A DNA stretch of 64,000 bases, from the NCBI GenBank assembly GCA_021798975.1, contig JAJZBJ010000001.1, positions 161 through 64,160 on the forward strand. The letters run 5' to 3'. Positions 48,015-58,791 of the stretch are shown piece after piece. The translations under genes and the position numbers were made by a program. The notes below the pieces were generated by a model. It made no database searches and was not told the DNA's origin. It saw only the letters and a program-made list of their open reading frames with translations. How positions within the stretch are numbered: position 1 is the stretch's first letter; each line of letters starts with the position of its first letter. This stretch comes from Bacillota bacterium (GTDB lineage Bacteria; Bacillota; Sulfobacillia; Sulfobacillales; Sulfobacillaceae).

Positions 48015-48938
48015 TCAGGGCTTGGCGCTCATGGGCATGTAAGTAATGCTGTTCTTGTTCCGCATCGTCATGTACATGCCGGTTCCGTTGAGCGTGAACC
48101 CGCTCGCAATAGTCGGGAACGTATCCAACGGATAGTTGCTGTACGTTGCCGTACCGACGGTGTTGAACTTCAGCAGCTGGTTATAGTCGTACATACTCAT
48201 GGGGCGCGCCGTGCTGTGGGTCTCATGGGCCCACGTCTGAAAGGCCTGAGGCGACACCGCCTTGATGTTAAAGGTCATCTTTTCAAATCCGGTACCCGAA
48301 TACTGGCCGCTGCGTCCCGCATAGATACCTGATTTGCTGGCTTCCAGCCACAACGGCAAGACGCGGTTCGGCATCGTGTACTCCATGCCGCCCAGTTGGG
48401 GTACCCAGAAGGCATTCATAGGCGAGTCGGCGGTCAACTCAAAGAGCACCGGCACGCCGGTTGGAATAACCGCGTAGTTGACCGTGGCGACCTGCTGTCC
48501 GGGATACTGGAAAAGCCACTTCCAGGTCAAGGAGGTCACATCGATGACCACGGGCTTTTGCTTGCTCTTCGGAAGACGGTCCAAGGCGTACGTCGTCTTC
48601 ACGGTCGGAATGGCGATGACCGTTAGCAACACGGCCGGCAACACCCACCACAGAATCTCCAGCCACTTATGGCTGTGCCAGTCCGGGCGGTAGGGCGCCG
48701 TGTTGCCCGGTTTGTCACGAAAACGAATGATGGCATAAAAGAACAAAACAAAGACCACCGCAATCACAATCGCCATCGCAACCGAGGCCAAAATCATTAA
48801 GTGCAATTCCTTCTGACCCACTGGACCGGCTGGGTTCAGCATCACGTACTGCTGTCCGCAGCCTGCACTCAACAGACCGGCCACCATGGCGACGAGCATC
48901 AGTTTGCGATAGGGTTTCTTGAATCGCATCGGCAACAT
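48015..48938 (-). CDS. qoxA: Quinol oxidase subunit II (lipoprotein, no CuA)
   Basis: Lipobox LSAGC, WKWLFQYP, FWVPQLGG, SGQYSG in place of the CuA cysteines. Confidence 0.93.
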   Translation of the reverse strand: MLPMRFKKPYRKLMLVAMVAGLLSAGCGQQYVMLNPAGPVGQKELHLMILASVAMAIVIAVVFVLFFYAIIRFRDKPGNTAPYRPDWHSHKWLEILWWVLPAVLLTVIAIPTVKTTYALDRLPKSKQKPVVIDVTSLTWKWLFQYPGQQVATVNYAVIPTGVPVLFELTADSPMNAFWVPQLGGMEYTMPNRVLPLWLEASKSGIYAGRSGQYSGTGFEKMTFNIKAVSPQAFQTWAHETHSTARPMSMYDYNQLLKFNTVGTATYSNYPLDTFPTIASGFTLNGTGMYMTMRNKNSITYMPMSAKP

Positions 48939-49149
48939 AAAAACCACCTCTATGAAGATTCTGCGATGCTGACGGCTCGCCCGACACTCTCTCCATTGTC
49001 GGAATATACCGACGCTACGGAAAAGTTATTTAATACTTGGTAACTTTTACGGCCAAGTAATCGTTAGATCACTTAACCTGGAGTATAACAATGTTGAATC
49101 CTTGAATCAATTGAATCCACGCAAAGAGGAAGGGCCTCTTGCGAGGCCC

Positions 49150-49443
49150 CTAACCAATTCTTGGCTTCCGTCCGTTTTTTGTGAGGGCGGATCCTTTACC
49201 GCGGGTTCTGGCCTGGCCATCCCGACCCGACTGAATCCAATGTCGCCTCCACTTCCGCCGACTCCACCGTCCCGGGAACACCAACACTGTGGGAGAGAGA
49301 CGTCGAATGCGGGAGCATGTCGTGGACTCTTGACGCCGTTCCACAAGCCATACCGCCAACGCCAAAGCCCCCACGACCGCCCAAGCGGCAGCGACCAGCC
49401 ACCAAACGGACAACCCTGCTGCGTGATGCACTGCCTGCGGCAT
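49150..49443 (-). CDS. Small basic membrane protein
   Basis: Strong GGAGGAGGTGA RBS, one TM segment, Arg-rich tail. Confidence 0.55.
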   Translation of the reverse strand: MPQAVHHAAGLSVWWLVAAAWAVVGALALAVWLVERRQESTTCSRIRRLSPTVLVFPGRWSRRKWRRHWIQSGRDGQARTRGKGSALTKNGRKPRIG

Positions 49444-49579
49444 CGGCTCACCTCCTCCCTTACCCATACGATACGAACGCCACGAGCAAAGCGGCACTAC
49501 ATTAAATGAATGCCATGATTTTGCTTGTTGACAAACCTTTCTGTAAAGTGCAACAACCAGGATCAAAGGAGGGACACTG

Positions 49580-51142
49580 ATGAACTTTGCCCATTTGGTC
49601 GACGGCATCGCCGAAGCGGCGCCCGACCGCCAGGCGCTTTTCGTAGTTCACGCAGACGGAACCGAGGAGAAAATCCCCTACCGTCAGCTCCGCGAAGAGT
49701 CTAACCAGCTGGCGCACGGATTTCGCGATTTGGGAGTAGCGGCCGGTTCCCGTGTTCTAGTGCTGTTGGGCCGGGGTTCGTGGCCCTACCGGGTCTATCT
49801 GGCCTTGCTTAAATGCGGGGCTGTGATTATGCCCGGGTCTGACCTTCTCCGTGCGTCCGATATTTTATATCGCGCCCAGCATGGCGAAGCGCGCGTGATT
49901 ATTGCCGATCCCGCGTTGCAACCGATTGTCGATGAAGTGCGGCCCAAGCTTCCGCACGTCGCCCACTACGTCGCAGCCGGCGCCCATCCGTCCGAGACCT
50001 GGATTTCTCTCACGCAGCTCATGACGGCCGGCAGCACTCGGCCAATCTCCGTCGATGTCCGGCCCGACGACATGGCGTTTCTGTCCTACACCAGCGGAAC
50101 GACCGGCGGGCCCAAAGGGGTCATTCATACCTATCGGTGGCCTTTTGAACACCTAAAGTCGGCCGGCACCCATTGGTTTGACGCGGAACCGCGCGATTTG
50201 GCCTGGGCGACCGCCGGGCCGGGCTGGGCCAAGTGGGTATGGAGTCCATTCGTATCCGTGCTGGGCAACGGCGCGACCGGGTTTGTCTACACGGGCCGTT
50301 TCGATCCCGAAGTCTATCTCCGCTTGATGCAGGATTACCGGGTCAGCCTGCTGTGCGCCACGCCGACGGAATATCGCCTCATGGCCAAGGTGCCCAGTCT
50401 CAGCCAATACCGGCTGGCGCTGCGGTCCGCCGCGTCGGCGGGGGAACCGTTAAACCGGGAAGTAATCGAGACATTTCGCCGGCAATTCGGCGTCACCGTG
50501 CGGGATGGTTACGGACAGACGGAAAGCACCCTCTTGGCCGGTACGCTCAAAAACATGCCGGCCCGACCCGGCTCGATGGGAAAGCCCTTTCCCGGCGCCC
50601 CCGTCACCGTCATCACACCGGATGGCCGCCCGGCCGCCCCAGGGCTTGTCGGCGACATTGCCGTGCACAAGAACCATCCCGCCCTCTTTCATGGGTACCT
50701 CAACGATCCCGAACGCACCCGGGCCTCCTTCCGCGGCGATTGGTACGTGACAGGCGACCAGGGGCGTCTCGATGATGACGGTTATATCTGGTTCGAAGGG
50801 CGTGCCGACGACATCATTATCTCGGCTGGATACACCATTGGGCCGTTCGAGGTCGAAGACGCGCTCGTCAAGCACCCCAAGGTGGCCGAATGTGCGGCGG
50901 TGGCCAGTCCAGACCCGGAGCGCGGCCATATCGTCAAGGCCTTCGTCATTCTCCGCAATCCCAGCGATGCAGAGGACCCGCAGTTGACTCACGAACTGCA
51001 AGAATTCGTAAAGCGCACCACGGCGCCGTACAAATATCCACGGGCCATCGAATACGTGACGAGCTTGCCGAAAACCGCCAGCGGCAAGATTCGGCGGGTG
51101 GAATTGCGAAACCGGGAGACGTCAGGACCCGGCGCCCGATAA
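49580..51142 (+). CDS. Short/medium-chain acyl-CoA synthetase
   Basis: YTSGTTGGPKG, GEPLN, YGQTE, TGD, LPKTASGKI. Confidence 0.92.
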   Translation: MNFAHLVDGIAEAAPDRQALFVVHADGTEEKIPYRQLREESNQLAHGFRDLGVAAGSRVLVLLGRGSWPYRVYLALLKCGAVIMPGSDLLRASDILYRAQHGEARVIIADPALQPIVDEVRPKLPHVAHYVAAGAHPSETWISLTQLMTAGSTRPISVDVRPDDMAFLSYTSGTTGGPKGVIHTYRWPFEHLKSAGTHWFDAEPRDLAWATAGPGWAKWVWSPFVSVLGNGATGFVYTGRFDPEVYLRLMQDYRVSLLCATPTEYRLMAKVPSLSQYRLALRSAASAGEPLNREVIETFRRQFGVTVRDGYGQTESTLLAGTLKNMPARPGSMGKPFPGAPVTVITPDGRPAAPGLVGDIAVHKNHPALFHGYLNDPERTRASFRGDWYVTGDQGRLDDDGYIWFEGRADDIIISAGYTIGPFEVEDALVKHPKVAECAAVASPDPERGHIVKAFVILRNPSDAEDPQLTHELQEFVKRTTAPYKYPRAIEYVTSLPKTASGKIRRVELRNRETSGPGAR

Positions 51143-52363
51143 CGGCGTCTGGGCAGACTGGGTGGAGCCCCGCCCAAACCGCCAGATCAAGATCCCCGTC
51201 ATAGCCAACAGGATGCCAAGAAACCCCCATCCCCAGTTAAAATGATGGGTGGTATCCACGAAGGCGCCAAAAAGCGGGGGAAAGATGGCCGATCCCAAAA
51301 AAGCTGCCGTACCGACACTGCTCATAGCAAAGCCCGAATGTTCGGGCGGGACGGATTCGCCAGCCCAAGTCATGGTCAGGGCGTTCCAGCCAACCGCGCC
51401 GGCGCCGAAGAAGAACCAGATCACCGCCAACAGAAGGATGGGAACGGACACGGGCAGGGCGGCGACCACCCAGGACATCACGGCACCGGTGGCCGCACAC
51501 CCGACAAGGACCAGCGTCTTGCTCCCGCCCAGCCGGTCACTAATCGTCCCGGTCAGAATGCGGCCGACCCCGCCCCCCAACTGGGCCGCCGCCACAACCA
51601 ATCCAGCGTCCGCCAGACCCACATGATGAACCTGGTGCAAGTCGCTGAGGCTAAACCCCAGCAATAGATATTGGCCGGACACCAGCAGCACCGCGATCAG
51701 GGCAGGACGCCAGATTCCTTCCAGGACGCTCCAATTCCTCCCCCGGTGGGCCGGCAGGGTCTGGGGCAGACGAAGATGGGGGCGCATGACGGCGCTGAAG
51801 GTCCAACCGACAACCAACAGTTCAACAAAAAAGACCCAAAATACGGTGTGAAATCCAAAGCCCCGCACCAACCGCGGCAACAGGCTGGCCGCCAGCAACG
51901 CCCCGAGTGGCACGCCCGTTTGGCGAATGCCCATAACCAATCCGCGGGGGCGGTCCTGAAAGGCGGTAAAGACGGCTTTGGTTCCGGAGGCCGGCGCGAC
52001 CGCCAATGCGGCGCCCAGCGCATACAGCAGGATTAACAGTGCCACAAAGCCGGAGACCTTAAGCAGGCCCAAACTGAGCAGGGCCATGATCCCTGTGCCG
52101 AAGAACAGGAGCCGGCGAGGCCCGATGCGGTCGGCGACCGCACCCATGACCACCATCGAGGTGGTAACGCCCAGCGAAAGGGCGGTGGTGACTAAACCCA
52201 TTTGGGCCAACGTCAGGTTATACAACTGGGCAAAGAAGACCCCCATCACCACGATCCCCTGCTGGACAAAGGACATCCCGGTTTGGGACAGCGTCGCCGC
52301 TCCGAGAAACGGGATCGGCCCAACCCGCGCGCGAAATCCTTGCCTCTCAAACGTCTTAGCCAT
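51122..52363 (-). CDS. MFS transporter
   Basis: 12 TM segments, GAVADRIGPRR, GTISDRLG. Confidence 0.92.
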   Translation of the reverse strand: MAKTFERQGFRARVGPIPFLGAATLSQTGMSFVQQGIVVMGVFFAQLYNLTLAQMGLVTTALSLGVTTSMVVMGAVADRIGPRRLLFFGTGIMALLSLGLLKVSGFVALLILLYALGAALAVAPASGTKAVFTAFQDRPRGLVMGIRQTGVPLGALLAASLLPRLVRGFGFHTVFWVFFVELLVVGWTFSAVMRPHLRLPQTLPAHRGRNWSVLEGIWRPALIAVLLVSGQYLLLGFSLSDLHQVHHVGLADAGLVVAAAQLGGGVGRILTGTISDRLGGSKTLVLVGCAATGAVMSWVVAALPVSVPILLLAVIWFFFGAGAVGWNALTMTWAGESVPPEHSGFAMSSVGTAAFLGSAIFPPLFGAFVDTTHHFNWGWGFLGILLAMTGILIWRFGRGSTQSAQTPLSGAGS

Positions 52364-52366
52364 GGA

Positions 52367-53842
52367 TTAGCGCGGCAGGCCGTCAAGCAGAGACGCCAGA
52401 GCCTCCGGTCCCTCCTTGGCGGCCGCCTTGAGCTGTTCCACGTCCATTAAATTCATCATGCCGGTTTGATATGGCTCGCCAGCCGCCCCTTGCTCCGCCA
52501 GGTGCTGGACTTCCCGTCGAAGGCTCAATTCGTCACTGGCGACAACCACCACCTGCCCGTCGTCTTCCAACATCACCATCCACAATATGGCCTGCGAGGT
52601 CGCCACGTCATAGGGTTTGAGGTAATCGGCCGCGTTGCCCGAGGCAAAGGCCAGCACCCCGTCATGGAGCTGTTCTGACGTCTCGGGCAAAAGCTCCGCC
52701 AAGGACTCCAAGTCGTACACCGGCAATACCGCAAAGTACCGCGGGTGCATGGTCAAGTACTGGTCCAAATCGGCATCGGGCAGCGGGCGTTCCGACGTCA
52801 CATCCCAGCGCCGGATCCGCCAATGGCTGTCGGCATCCCGCGCAGTCTCCACCGCCATCACGCGGTCCCATATCGCGCCGTCGCGGAGATACCATCCGTA
52901 CAGCGTCATCCGGGCAGCCCGGTCCTCATCAATATTGGGTTCCACATCCAGTCGCCACAGCCGGCCAAGCTCCGGACGGCGCGCCATTTGCTCGTCAATA
53001 TAATCCAAGACATCGGCGGGCCGCAGCGACGGATCCAATAAGTCGTACGCCAGCAACAAGTCCCCGGCGCTCAGGGCGTTGCCTTCGGCCAGGACTGTTT
53101 CCCGGGCTGTGGTCCCATCGTGTTCCAATGCGTAGGCTGCATCAATCCAGGGGATGACCTCCCGTCCGCCGGCCAGCACCATCCACAGGCCGACCCCCGT
53201 CATCCCGTCGAAGGGAAACCGATTGTTGACCGCCGACTGCACCATGCCTGCCGCAGTGATGAGACCCAACGCGTGGTCGAGATCGATGATCTGCCAAGCC
53301 GACTCATCATAGCCGGATGAGCTGGCTTCCTCAGTCACAAAATAGACCTCGCCCACGTCGCCAATGGCATAGGAAATGTGCCAGATGGCCTCAATGCCCT
53401 GGTACTCCCCACCCCACCGCATACGCAGGGTGACATGCGAATCATGCAGGCGATGCCGGGAAACTAAGATTTCCTCAATCTGATCTTTAGGCGGATACCA
53501 TGAATAGGGGGACAAATACTGCACAGCCTTGGGGCCCGCTGCGCGGGCCCGCTCCATGACCGCTTGCCCCAACGCCTCACGGTCGGGATGCTCGCTTAAG
53601 GTCACCAAAATTCGGCCAATGAGCGCCATCATCTCCGGATCGTCGGGCAACTCATCCATTAACCGCACCAAATCTTCGCCGGAAAAACTCCGCACCACGA
53701 TGTCGGCCAACTGGTCGACCCCGCCGGGTACCCAGACAGCCTCTTTCATGGCTCCTAAAAACGCATCGCCGGGCAAGCCCAACATATCGCGAAGCGCAGT
53801 CAAAATTCGGGGTCTTTTGCTGTCATCTCTATCCTTCGGCAT
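52367..53842 (-). CDS. Acidic hypothetical protein
   Basis: 491-aa ORF with AGGAGG RBS; no family recognised. Confidence 0.7.
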   Translation of the reverse strand: MPKDRDDSKRPRILTALRDMLGLPGDAFLGAMKEAVWVPGGVDQLADIVVRSFSGEDLVRLMDELPDDPEMMALIGRILVTLSEHPDREALGQAVMERARAAGPKAVQYLSPYSWYPPKDQIEEILVSRHRLHDSHVTLRMRWGGEYQGIEAIWHISYAIGDVGEVYFVTEEASSSGYDESAWQIIDLDHALGLITAAGMVQSAVNNRFPFDGMTGVGLWMVLAGGREVIPWIDAAYALEHDGTTARETVLAEGNALSAGDLLLAYDLLDPSLRPADVLDYIDEQMARRPELGRLWRLDVEPNIDEDRAARMTLYGWYLRDGAIWDRVMAVETARDADSHWRIRRWDVTSERPLPDADLDQYLTMHPRYFAVLPVYDLESLAELLPETSEQLHDGVLAFASGNAADYLKPYDVATSQAILWMVMLEDDGQVVVVASDELSLRREVQHLAEQGAAGEPYQTGMMNLMDVEQLKAAAKEGPEALASLLDGLPR

Positions 53843-53968
53843 ACGCGGCCTCCTGTCTTTCCCATCCTACCACAGCCCAGACGGGAGACCGCGCTCTTCA
53901 CCATGACTCCTACACCGGGGTCCTCAACGCCGCGTAGAAGCTGCGAGCCGCAGGGATTGTCTCACGGC

Positions 53969-54958
53969 TTACGTCTGATGTCCCCAACTGAGCGCACTCC
54001 GGCTGAGTCGACGCCAGGTCCAGCGCCATAGGAACCATAACGGCACGCCGAACACCAGTGCCGCGATATCGAGACGGCCTTGCGAACCGACATTCGGAAT
54101 GGCGAGGGCTGCCACGAACATCCCTGACAGGATGGCGAGAAACGCATACCAGAAGTTCCATAGTTGTGGATAGTAGAAGGGGTCGTGAAACCGTTCCATG
54201 GGAGTCCGCTCCCACCATACGAGCGCCCGCCAGCCCAAAAACACGGCCCAGGCGGCGAAGTAGGCGGCATACAACACCGCTGCCCAGCCCGCCGGGTGCC
54301 CATCCGTCGCCACCGAGAACCAATGGATATCTGTGAGCGTCGTTTGCCACCGCTCGGCCGTTGCCAGGGGCAGCCGGCGGCCGGATCCCAAGGTTAGTTG
54401 AAAGGCCACCGACTCCACAATACGCGGCAACGTCACCCATAGCACCGATGCCAGGGCAGTGAAAAACGCACTGCCCATGGCCGCTCCGAAGGCTACCGCG
54501 GCCACATACAACGCGACTGCCGACGAGACCGACCATACCCCGGCGATCACTAGCGGCCCAATAAATCCTGCATGGCCTATGCCCACCGCAACGAGTGCCA
54601 GAATCACGAAGAGAAGCACCCAAACCGCGGTGATTGTGAGAATTCCCCATCGCATTTTGGCCATCAGCAGAGCACGGCGCGACACCGGCCCTTCCAAAGC
54701 GCCATCCAATCCGCCCCGGCTGCGATCGTTCCAAAACACGCCCAAAGCCAACAGTCCTCCTAACACGGTAATCCAGCCGTTCGTGGGACCGAGGCCCGCG
54801 TTGTCCCCGATGACGGCCCGTAGTTCAATTAGTTCGCCGCCAGGGCCTCCGATACTGGTCAATAACATGAGGACCCACGGAAACAACATCACGGCGGCCG
54901 CCGCAATATAGAGGGATCGGTTGACGCGCCATTCGCGAAAGCTCACCGCATCCCGCAT
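53969..54958 (-). CDS. ABC exporter permease
   Basis: Multi-TM, PVSRRALLMAK motif, downstream of the ATPase. Confidence 0.8.
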   Translation of the reverse strand: MRDAVSFREWRVNRSLYIAAAAVMLFPWVLMLLTSIGGPGGELIELRAVIGDNAGLGPTNGWITVLGGLLALGVFWNDRSRGGLDGALEGPVSRRALLMAKMRWGILTITAVWVLLFVILALVAVGIGHAGFIGPLVIAGVWSVSSAVALYVAAVAFGAAMGSAFFTALASVLWVTLPRIVESVAFQLTLGSGRRLPLATAERWQTTLTDIHWFSVATDGHPAGWAAVLYAAYFAAWAVFLGWRALVWWERTPMERFHDPFYYPQLWNFWYAFLAILSGMFVAALAIPNVGSQGRLDIAALVFGVPLWFLWRWTWRRLSRSALSWGHQT

Positions 54959-54968
54959 CCACTGCCCC

Positions 54969-55886
54969 TTAGGCATCCCAAGCCACGGCTTCACGCGAAT
55001 AGCCCTCCTTCTCCAACACTAGGCGGAAGATTTCAGCCAAATCGATGTCAATGGGCTCCACCAGCAACGCGCCAGCTGCGCGAAAGTGCGCCATCAGGGG
55101 CTCGGCAGGTCCTTCGACGGTCACCAAGGCAACTTGTCCGCGGTTCTCGACGTGAGCAATTTGCGGATTGTCGAAAAGGGTATCCGACCACCGGGAACCT
55201 GTGACCACCTGCAACCGGTGCATATGGGTCTTGAGGCTGTCCACGCTGCCGTCCAATACAAACCGCCCCCGGTAAAGAATAGACAAGCTGTCGGCTAGGC
55301 GCTCCACGTCCTCAATATTGTGGGTGGCCAGCACCATGGTGGTGCCCTCAGCCGCGGCCATGTCCATCATGAGTTGCAGCACCTGGCGCTTGACCACCAA
55401 ATCCATGCCGTTGGTCGGCTCGTCCAACAACAGCAACTCGGGCCGCGCCGCGATAGCACCGGCCAACTGCAAGCTAGCCTGCTGACCGGAGGACAAGGAC
55501 CGAATCAGGGCCTTCACATCCATTTCCATAGCACCCAGCAAGCGCTTGGCGCGCTCCGCGTCCCATCGTTTATAAAGGCGCTCCATGTAGTGAAGCCATT
55601 CGCCGACCCGAAAATGAACCGGCAAGGGGCGCCCTGTGGCCACATAGTGAACTTTTTGGCGAAGGGCTGCATTTTCGATGCCAAGCTGTTGGCCCAAGAC
55701 CTCGATGCGCCCTCGATCGGGCCACAGCGTGCCGAGCGCCAGGCGCAGCAAGGTGGTCTTGCCAGCCCCGTTGGCGCCAATCAATCCGTGTATGCTGCCC
55801 GCCTGGACCTGCCAGTCGACGTGGTCCAATGCGATCTTGCCACCGTATACCTTCGTGACACCTGACATGGCGATTGCCGGACTCAT
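54969..55886 (-). CDS. ABC ATPase (YtrB-like)
   Basis: GANGAGKTT, LSSGQ, LLDEPT, ATH. Confidence 0.92.
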   Translation of the reverse strand: MSPAIAMSGVTKVYGGKIALDHVDWQVQAGSIHGLIGANGAGKTTLLRLALGTLWPDRGRIEVLGQQLGIENAALRQKVHYVATGRPLPVHFRVGEWLHYMERLYKRWDAERAKRLLGAMEMDVKALIRSLSSGQQASLQLAGAIAARPELLLLDEPTNGMDLVVKRQVLQLMMDMAAAEGTTMVLATHNIEDVERLADSLSILYRGRFVLDGSVDSLKTHMHRLQVVTGSRWSDTLFDNPQIAHVENRGQVALVTVEGPAEPLMAHFRAAGALLVEPIDIDLAEIFRLVLEKEGYSREAVAWDA

Positions 55887-56284
55887 GACTCCTCCTGTCC
55901 CCTCTCCTGGTCCCACTCCAGGACCGCATCCTGCATCATCGTCATCAGGTCTTGGCTCGTTATCTGAAGGTGGTGAGCCTCAACCCATAATTGCTTCATA
56001 ATGTCCTTCATGCGTACGATGCGCTCGGCTCGATCAGGCCTGGAACCTGGCGCCGCGACAAAGGTGCCCCGGCCGCGCACCACGTCAATGACGCGCTCCC
56101 GCTCCAATTCTTGATAGGCCTTAGCGACCGTGTTGTGATTCAGCGTCATCAGGCCGGCCAACTCCCGCACCGACGGCAGCCGTTCACCGCCTTGCAGGAT
56201 GTTTTTGGCCACCGCCTCTTTAACCCCGTCCACGATCTGCTGATAAATCGGCGTGGGAGAGCGGGGATCGATGGGAAACCACAT
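55883..56284 (-). CDS. GntR-family regulator, YtrA subfamily
   Basis: PIYQQI, LPSVRELA, NTVAKAYQELE, RGRGTFV, short C-terminus. Confidence 0.93.
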   Translation of the reverse strand: MWFPIDPRSPTPIYQQIVDGVKEAVAKNILQGGERLPSVRELAGLMTLNHNTVAKAYQELERERVIDVVRGRGTFVAAPGSRPDRAERIVRMKDIMKQLWVEAHHLQITSQDLMTMMQDAVLEWDQERGQEES

Positions 56285-56305
56285 AGCAAACCTCCAGCGT
56301 GTCCG

Positions 56306-56362
56306 TGTGTACTATTACAAGCGGTACACCAAGACCGTACACCGCTCGAAGAGCGGTGTCAA
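56306..56362 (-). promoter_or_regulatory. YtrA-type operator and sigmaA promoter
   Basis: TGTGTA-N13-TACACC (56306-56330) matches the YtrA AGTGTA-N13-TACACT pattern; minus-strand TTGACA-N17-TACGGT with TG extension upstream. Confidence 0.75.
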
Positions 56363-56371
56363 GCCAGGAGA

Positions 56372-57409
56372 TTACGGAATGAGGAGTATTTTCAATGCTT
56401 GGCGATCCGCAAACAATTGATAGCCGCGCGGGCCTTCCGAGAGCGGCAGTCGGTGGGTGAAGAGGCGTTCCGGATGCAGGCGCCCATGTTTCAACAATTC
56501 CATAACACGGGGCGCCACGGCCGGGATGTTGGCTTTGCCCGCCCGGAACGTCAAGTCCTTGGCAAAAACGCGGGCCATCGAGACAGGGATGGCCCGCTCG
56601 GTGTACACGCCCGCCGATGACACACTCCCAAACCCTCGCACCACCTGCAGGGCCAGAGCGAGGCCAGCTTCGCTGCCGACCGCCTCGACGACGGCATCAG
56701 CCCCGCGCCCTTCAGTCACATCCCGGATCGCACGCACCGCCGATGCGTCAGCCATCACCGGAATCGCTCCCCGTTCTTGGGCCCCTTGGAGCCGTTCCGG
56801 CACCACATCCAGAGCCGCCACCTGGGCCGCACCCATGAGGAAGAAAATTTCCACGGCCAGCAGTCCGACCGGCCCCAAACCCACAACCGCTGCCGTATCC
56901 CCAGGTTTAACCCCGCTTCGCTCCACGGCAAAGTACGCGGTGGACAGCACATCTCCCACCAGGATGGCGGCCTCGTCGCTGACGCCCTCCGGAATCCGGA
57001 GAAGCGTGTGGTCCGCATGTGGAATGCGGGCATACTCGGCTTGCGTGCCCGCCAGGTCGCCAAGGTCGGGACCAAACCCGAACATGGCCGAGTCCGCGCA
57101 TTGCGGGAACAAACCGTGCTGACACGCCCAGCACCGTCCACACACCGTGAAGAAGGAGCCGGTGACGCGGTCCCCGGCCTTGAATCGGCGAACCTCAGGC
57201 CCCGCCTCGGTTACGACCCCCACATACTCGTGGCCAATGGGGATGCCCGGGGAAATGTTCGCGATGCGCCCCCGATAGGCGTGTAAGTCGGACCCGCAAA
57301 TGGCCGAAGCGGATACTTTGATGATGGCATCGTGAGGGCTCACGAGCGCTGGTTCGACAACGGCTTCCACCCGCACTTCCCCCACCGTGGGCAACGTCAA
57401 CGCTTGCAT
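56372..57409 (-). CDS. Zn-dependent alcohol dehydrogenase (MDR family)
   Basis: ICGSDLH, GHE, CGRCWAC...C, GLGPVG. Confidence 0.92.
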   Translation of the reverse strand: MQALTLPTVGEVRVEAVVEPALVSPHDAIIKVSASAICGSDLHAYRGRIANISPGIPIGHEYVGVVTEAGPEVRRFKAGDRVTGSFFTVCGRCWACQHGLFPQCADSAMFGFGPDLGDLAGTQAEYARIPHADHTLLRIPEGVSDEAAILVGDVLSTAYFAVERSGVKPGDTAAVVGLGPVGLLAVEIFFLMGAAQVAALDVVPERLQGAQERGAIPVMADASAVRAIRDVTEGRGADAVVEAVGSEAGLALALQVVRGFGSVSSAGVYTERAIPVSMARVFAKDLTFRAGKANIPAVAPRVMELLKHGRLHPERLFTHRLPLSEGPRGYQLFADRQALKILLIP

Positions 57410-58602
57410 GGGTTATCCCCCTTCGTCCGACTAAACCGCCGCGGGCTGAGCGGTGCCAACCAGTCTTCATCGCCTGCCATGGCGCGCATCAGATGCTCGG
57501 CGGCCATATAGGTATTCGTACTGCCATGCCCGTTGAATCCCGCCAGCACCAACTGGCGGGCGGTCCATGGCCCCACAAGGGGCAGACGGTCCGGCGTGAA
57601 TCCCATGATGCCTGCCCATCGGTAGTCGACAGCCACGGGTCTGCCGACGATCCGCTCCGCGAGCCACCGGCTAAGCTCTTCTTGGATGCGGGGGTTCAGC
57701 GCTAATTCATCCGACCCCTCGCCGTCGATGTCCAAGTTTCGAAATCCTCCCAAGGCAATGCGTCCATCCGGGCGCTGGTGCCAGTATAGGTAGCCCCAAT
57801 CAGCACTGACAGCCCAGGTGTAGGGCAGTGGATCGACCGGCTCCGAGACCAGCATCTGTCCGCGCGTGGGGACGACCGCGTCTGCCAGCGCAGGAACGAG
57901 CCGCCCCAGGGACGCATTGACCGCCAGCACCGCATAGTCGGCGGCAACTTGGCCTTGATCGGTGCGCACCTCCACCCCTCCGGACTCCTCCTGGATGCTC
58001 CGGACAGCGGTACGTCCATAAATTTCACCGCCGCGGCTTTGGATGGCGCGCACCAGCCACTGTACCAACTTCATGGGCTGCCAGCTGCCATCCGTCGGGT
58101 AGACCAGGCCCCCGGGCCAATAATTTTTTAGACTCTGGGGTAGGTCCTGGCCGGAAACGATACCGCCCGGAAATCCATGCCGTGCCAACCAAGCGGCGCT
58201 CTCCTTCAGCTTCTGCCATTCCGTCTCATCAGCTGGCAGAACCAAACACCCATCCTGCTTGAAGTCGCTGACCCCCATCGCCTGTGCGGCTGCCTCTTGA
58301 ATCGCCTGCTGAGCGCGCACAACGCGGTGGTAAAGATTCAGGGCCAAGGCTTCCCCCCACTGCTGTACCGCATCGCTGGGGGACAGGGCCAATCCGCCCG
58401 TCATCAGGCCGCCGTTTCGTCCGCTGGCACCATAACCGGGGGCTTCAGCATCCAACACCACTACCCGGATACCGCGCCGAGACGCCATGTGGGCAAACCA
58501 CAGCCCGGCAAACCCTGCCCCAATCACCGCCACGTCAGCCGTGATCCGGCCTGGGAGCCGGTGTGGGACGAACAGCGTCTTGGCATGCCAGTAGCTGCGC
58601 AT
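57397..58602 (-). CDS. FAD-dependent oxidoreductase, PuuB/DadA-like
   Basis: SYW, GAGFAG, GASGRNGG, WAGIMGFTPD, GFNGHG. Confidence 0.85.
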   Translation of the reverse strand: MRSYWHAKTLFVPHRLPGRITADVAVIGAGFAGLWFAHMASRRGIRVVVLDAEAPGYGASGRNGGLMTGGLALSPSDAVQQWGEALALNLYHRVVRAQQAIQEAAAQAMGVSDFKQDGCLVLPADETEWQKLKESAAWLARHGFPGGIVSGQDLPQSLKNYWPGGLVYPTDGSWQPMKLVQWLVRAIQSRGGEIYGRTAVRSIQEESGGVEVRTDQGQVAADYAVLAVNASLGRLVPALADAVVPTRGQMLVSEPVDPLPYTWAVSADWGYLYWHQRPDGRIALGGFRNLDIDGEGSDELALNPRIQEELSRWLAERIVGRPVAVDYRWAGIMGFTPDRLPLVGPWTARQLVLAGFNGHGSTNTYMAAEHLMRAMAGDEDWLAPLSPRRFSRTKGDNPCKR

Positions 58603-58791
58603 AGTCGGGCCACTCCTTAGAAGTTGCGATGCCTCTTGCTTCGACGACCTCTCGGCGCTTTCCTCCCCGCGCAAGAACCAGCGCCCAGAGAGCCCCGCTA
58701 ACGAAAACTGCTTGACAACGAGGCCTCGAGGCCCAATATTGGATCGACAGGATTGGTTCGAAAATTCACACGGGATAGGACGTGAATTATC

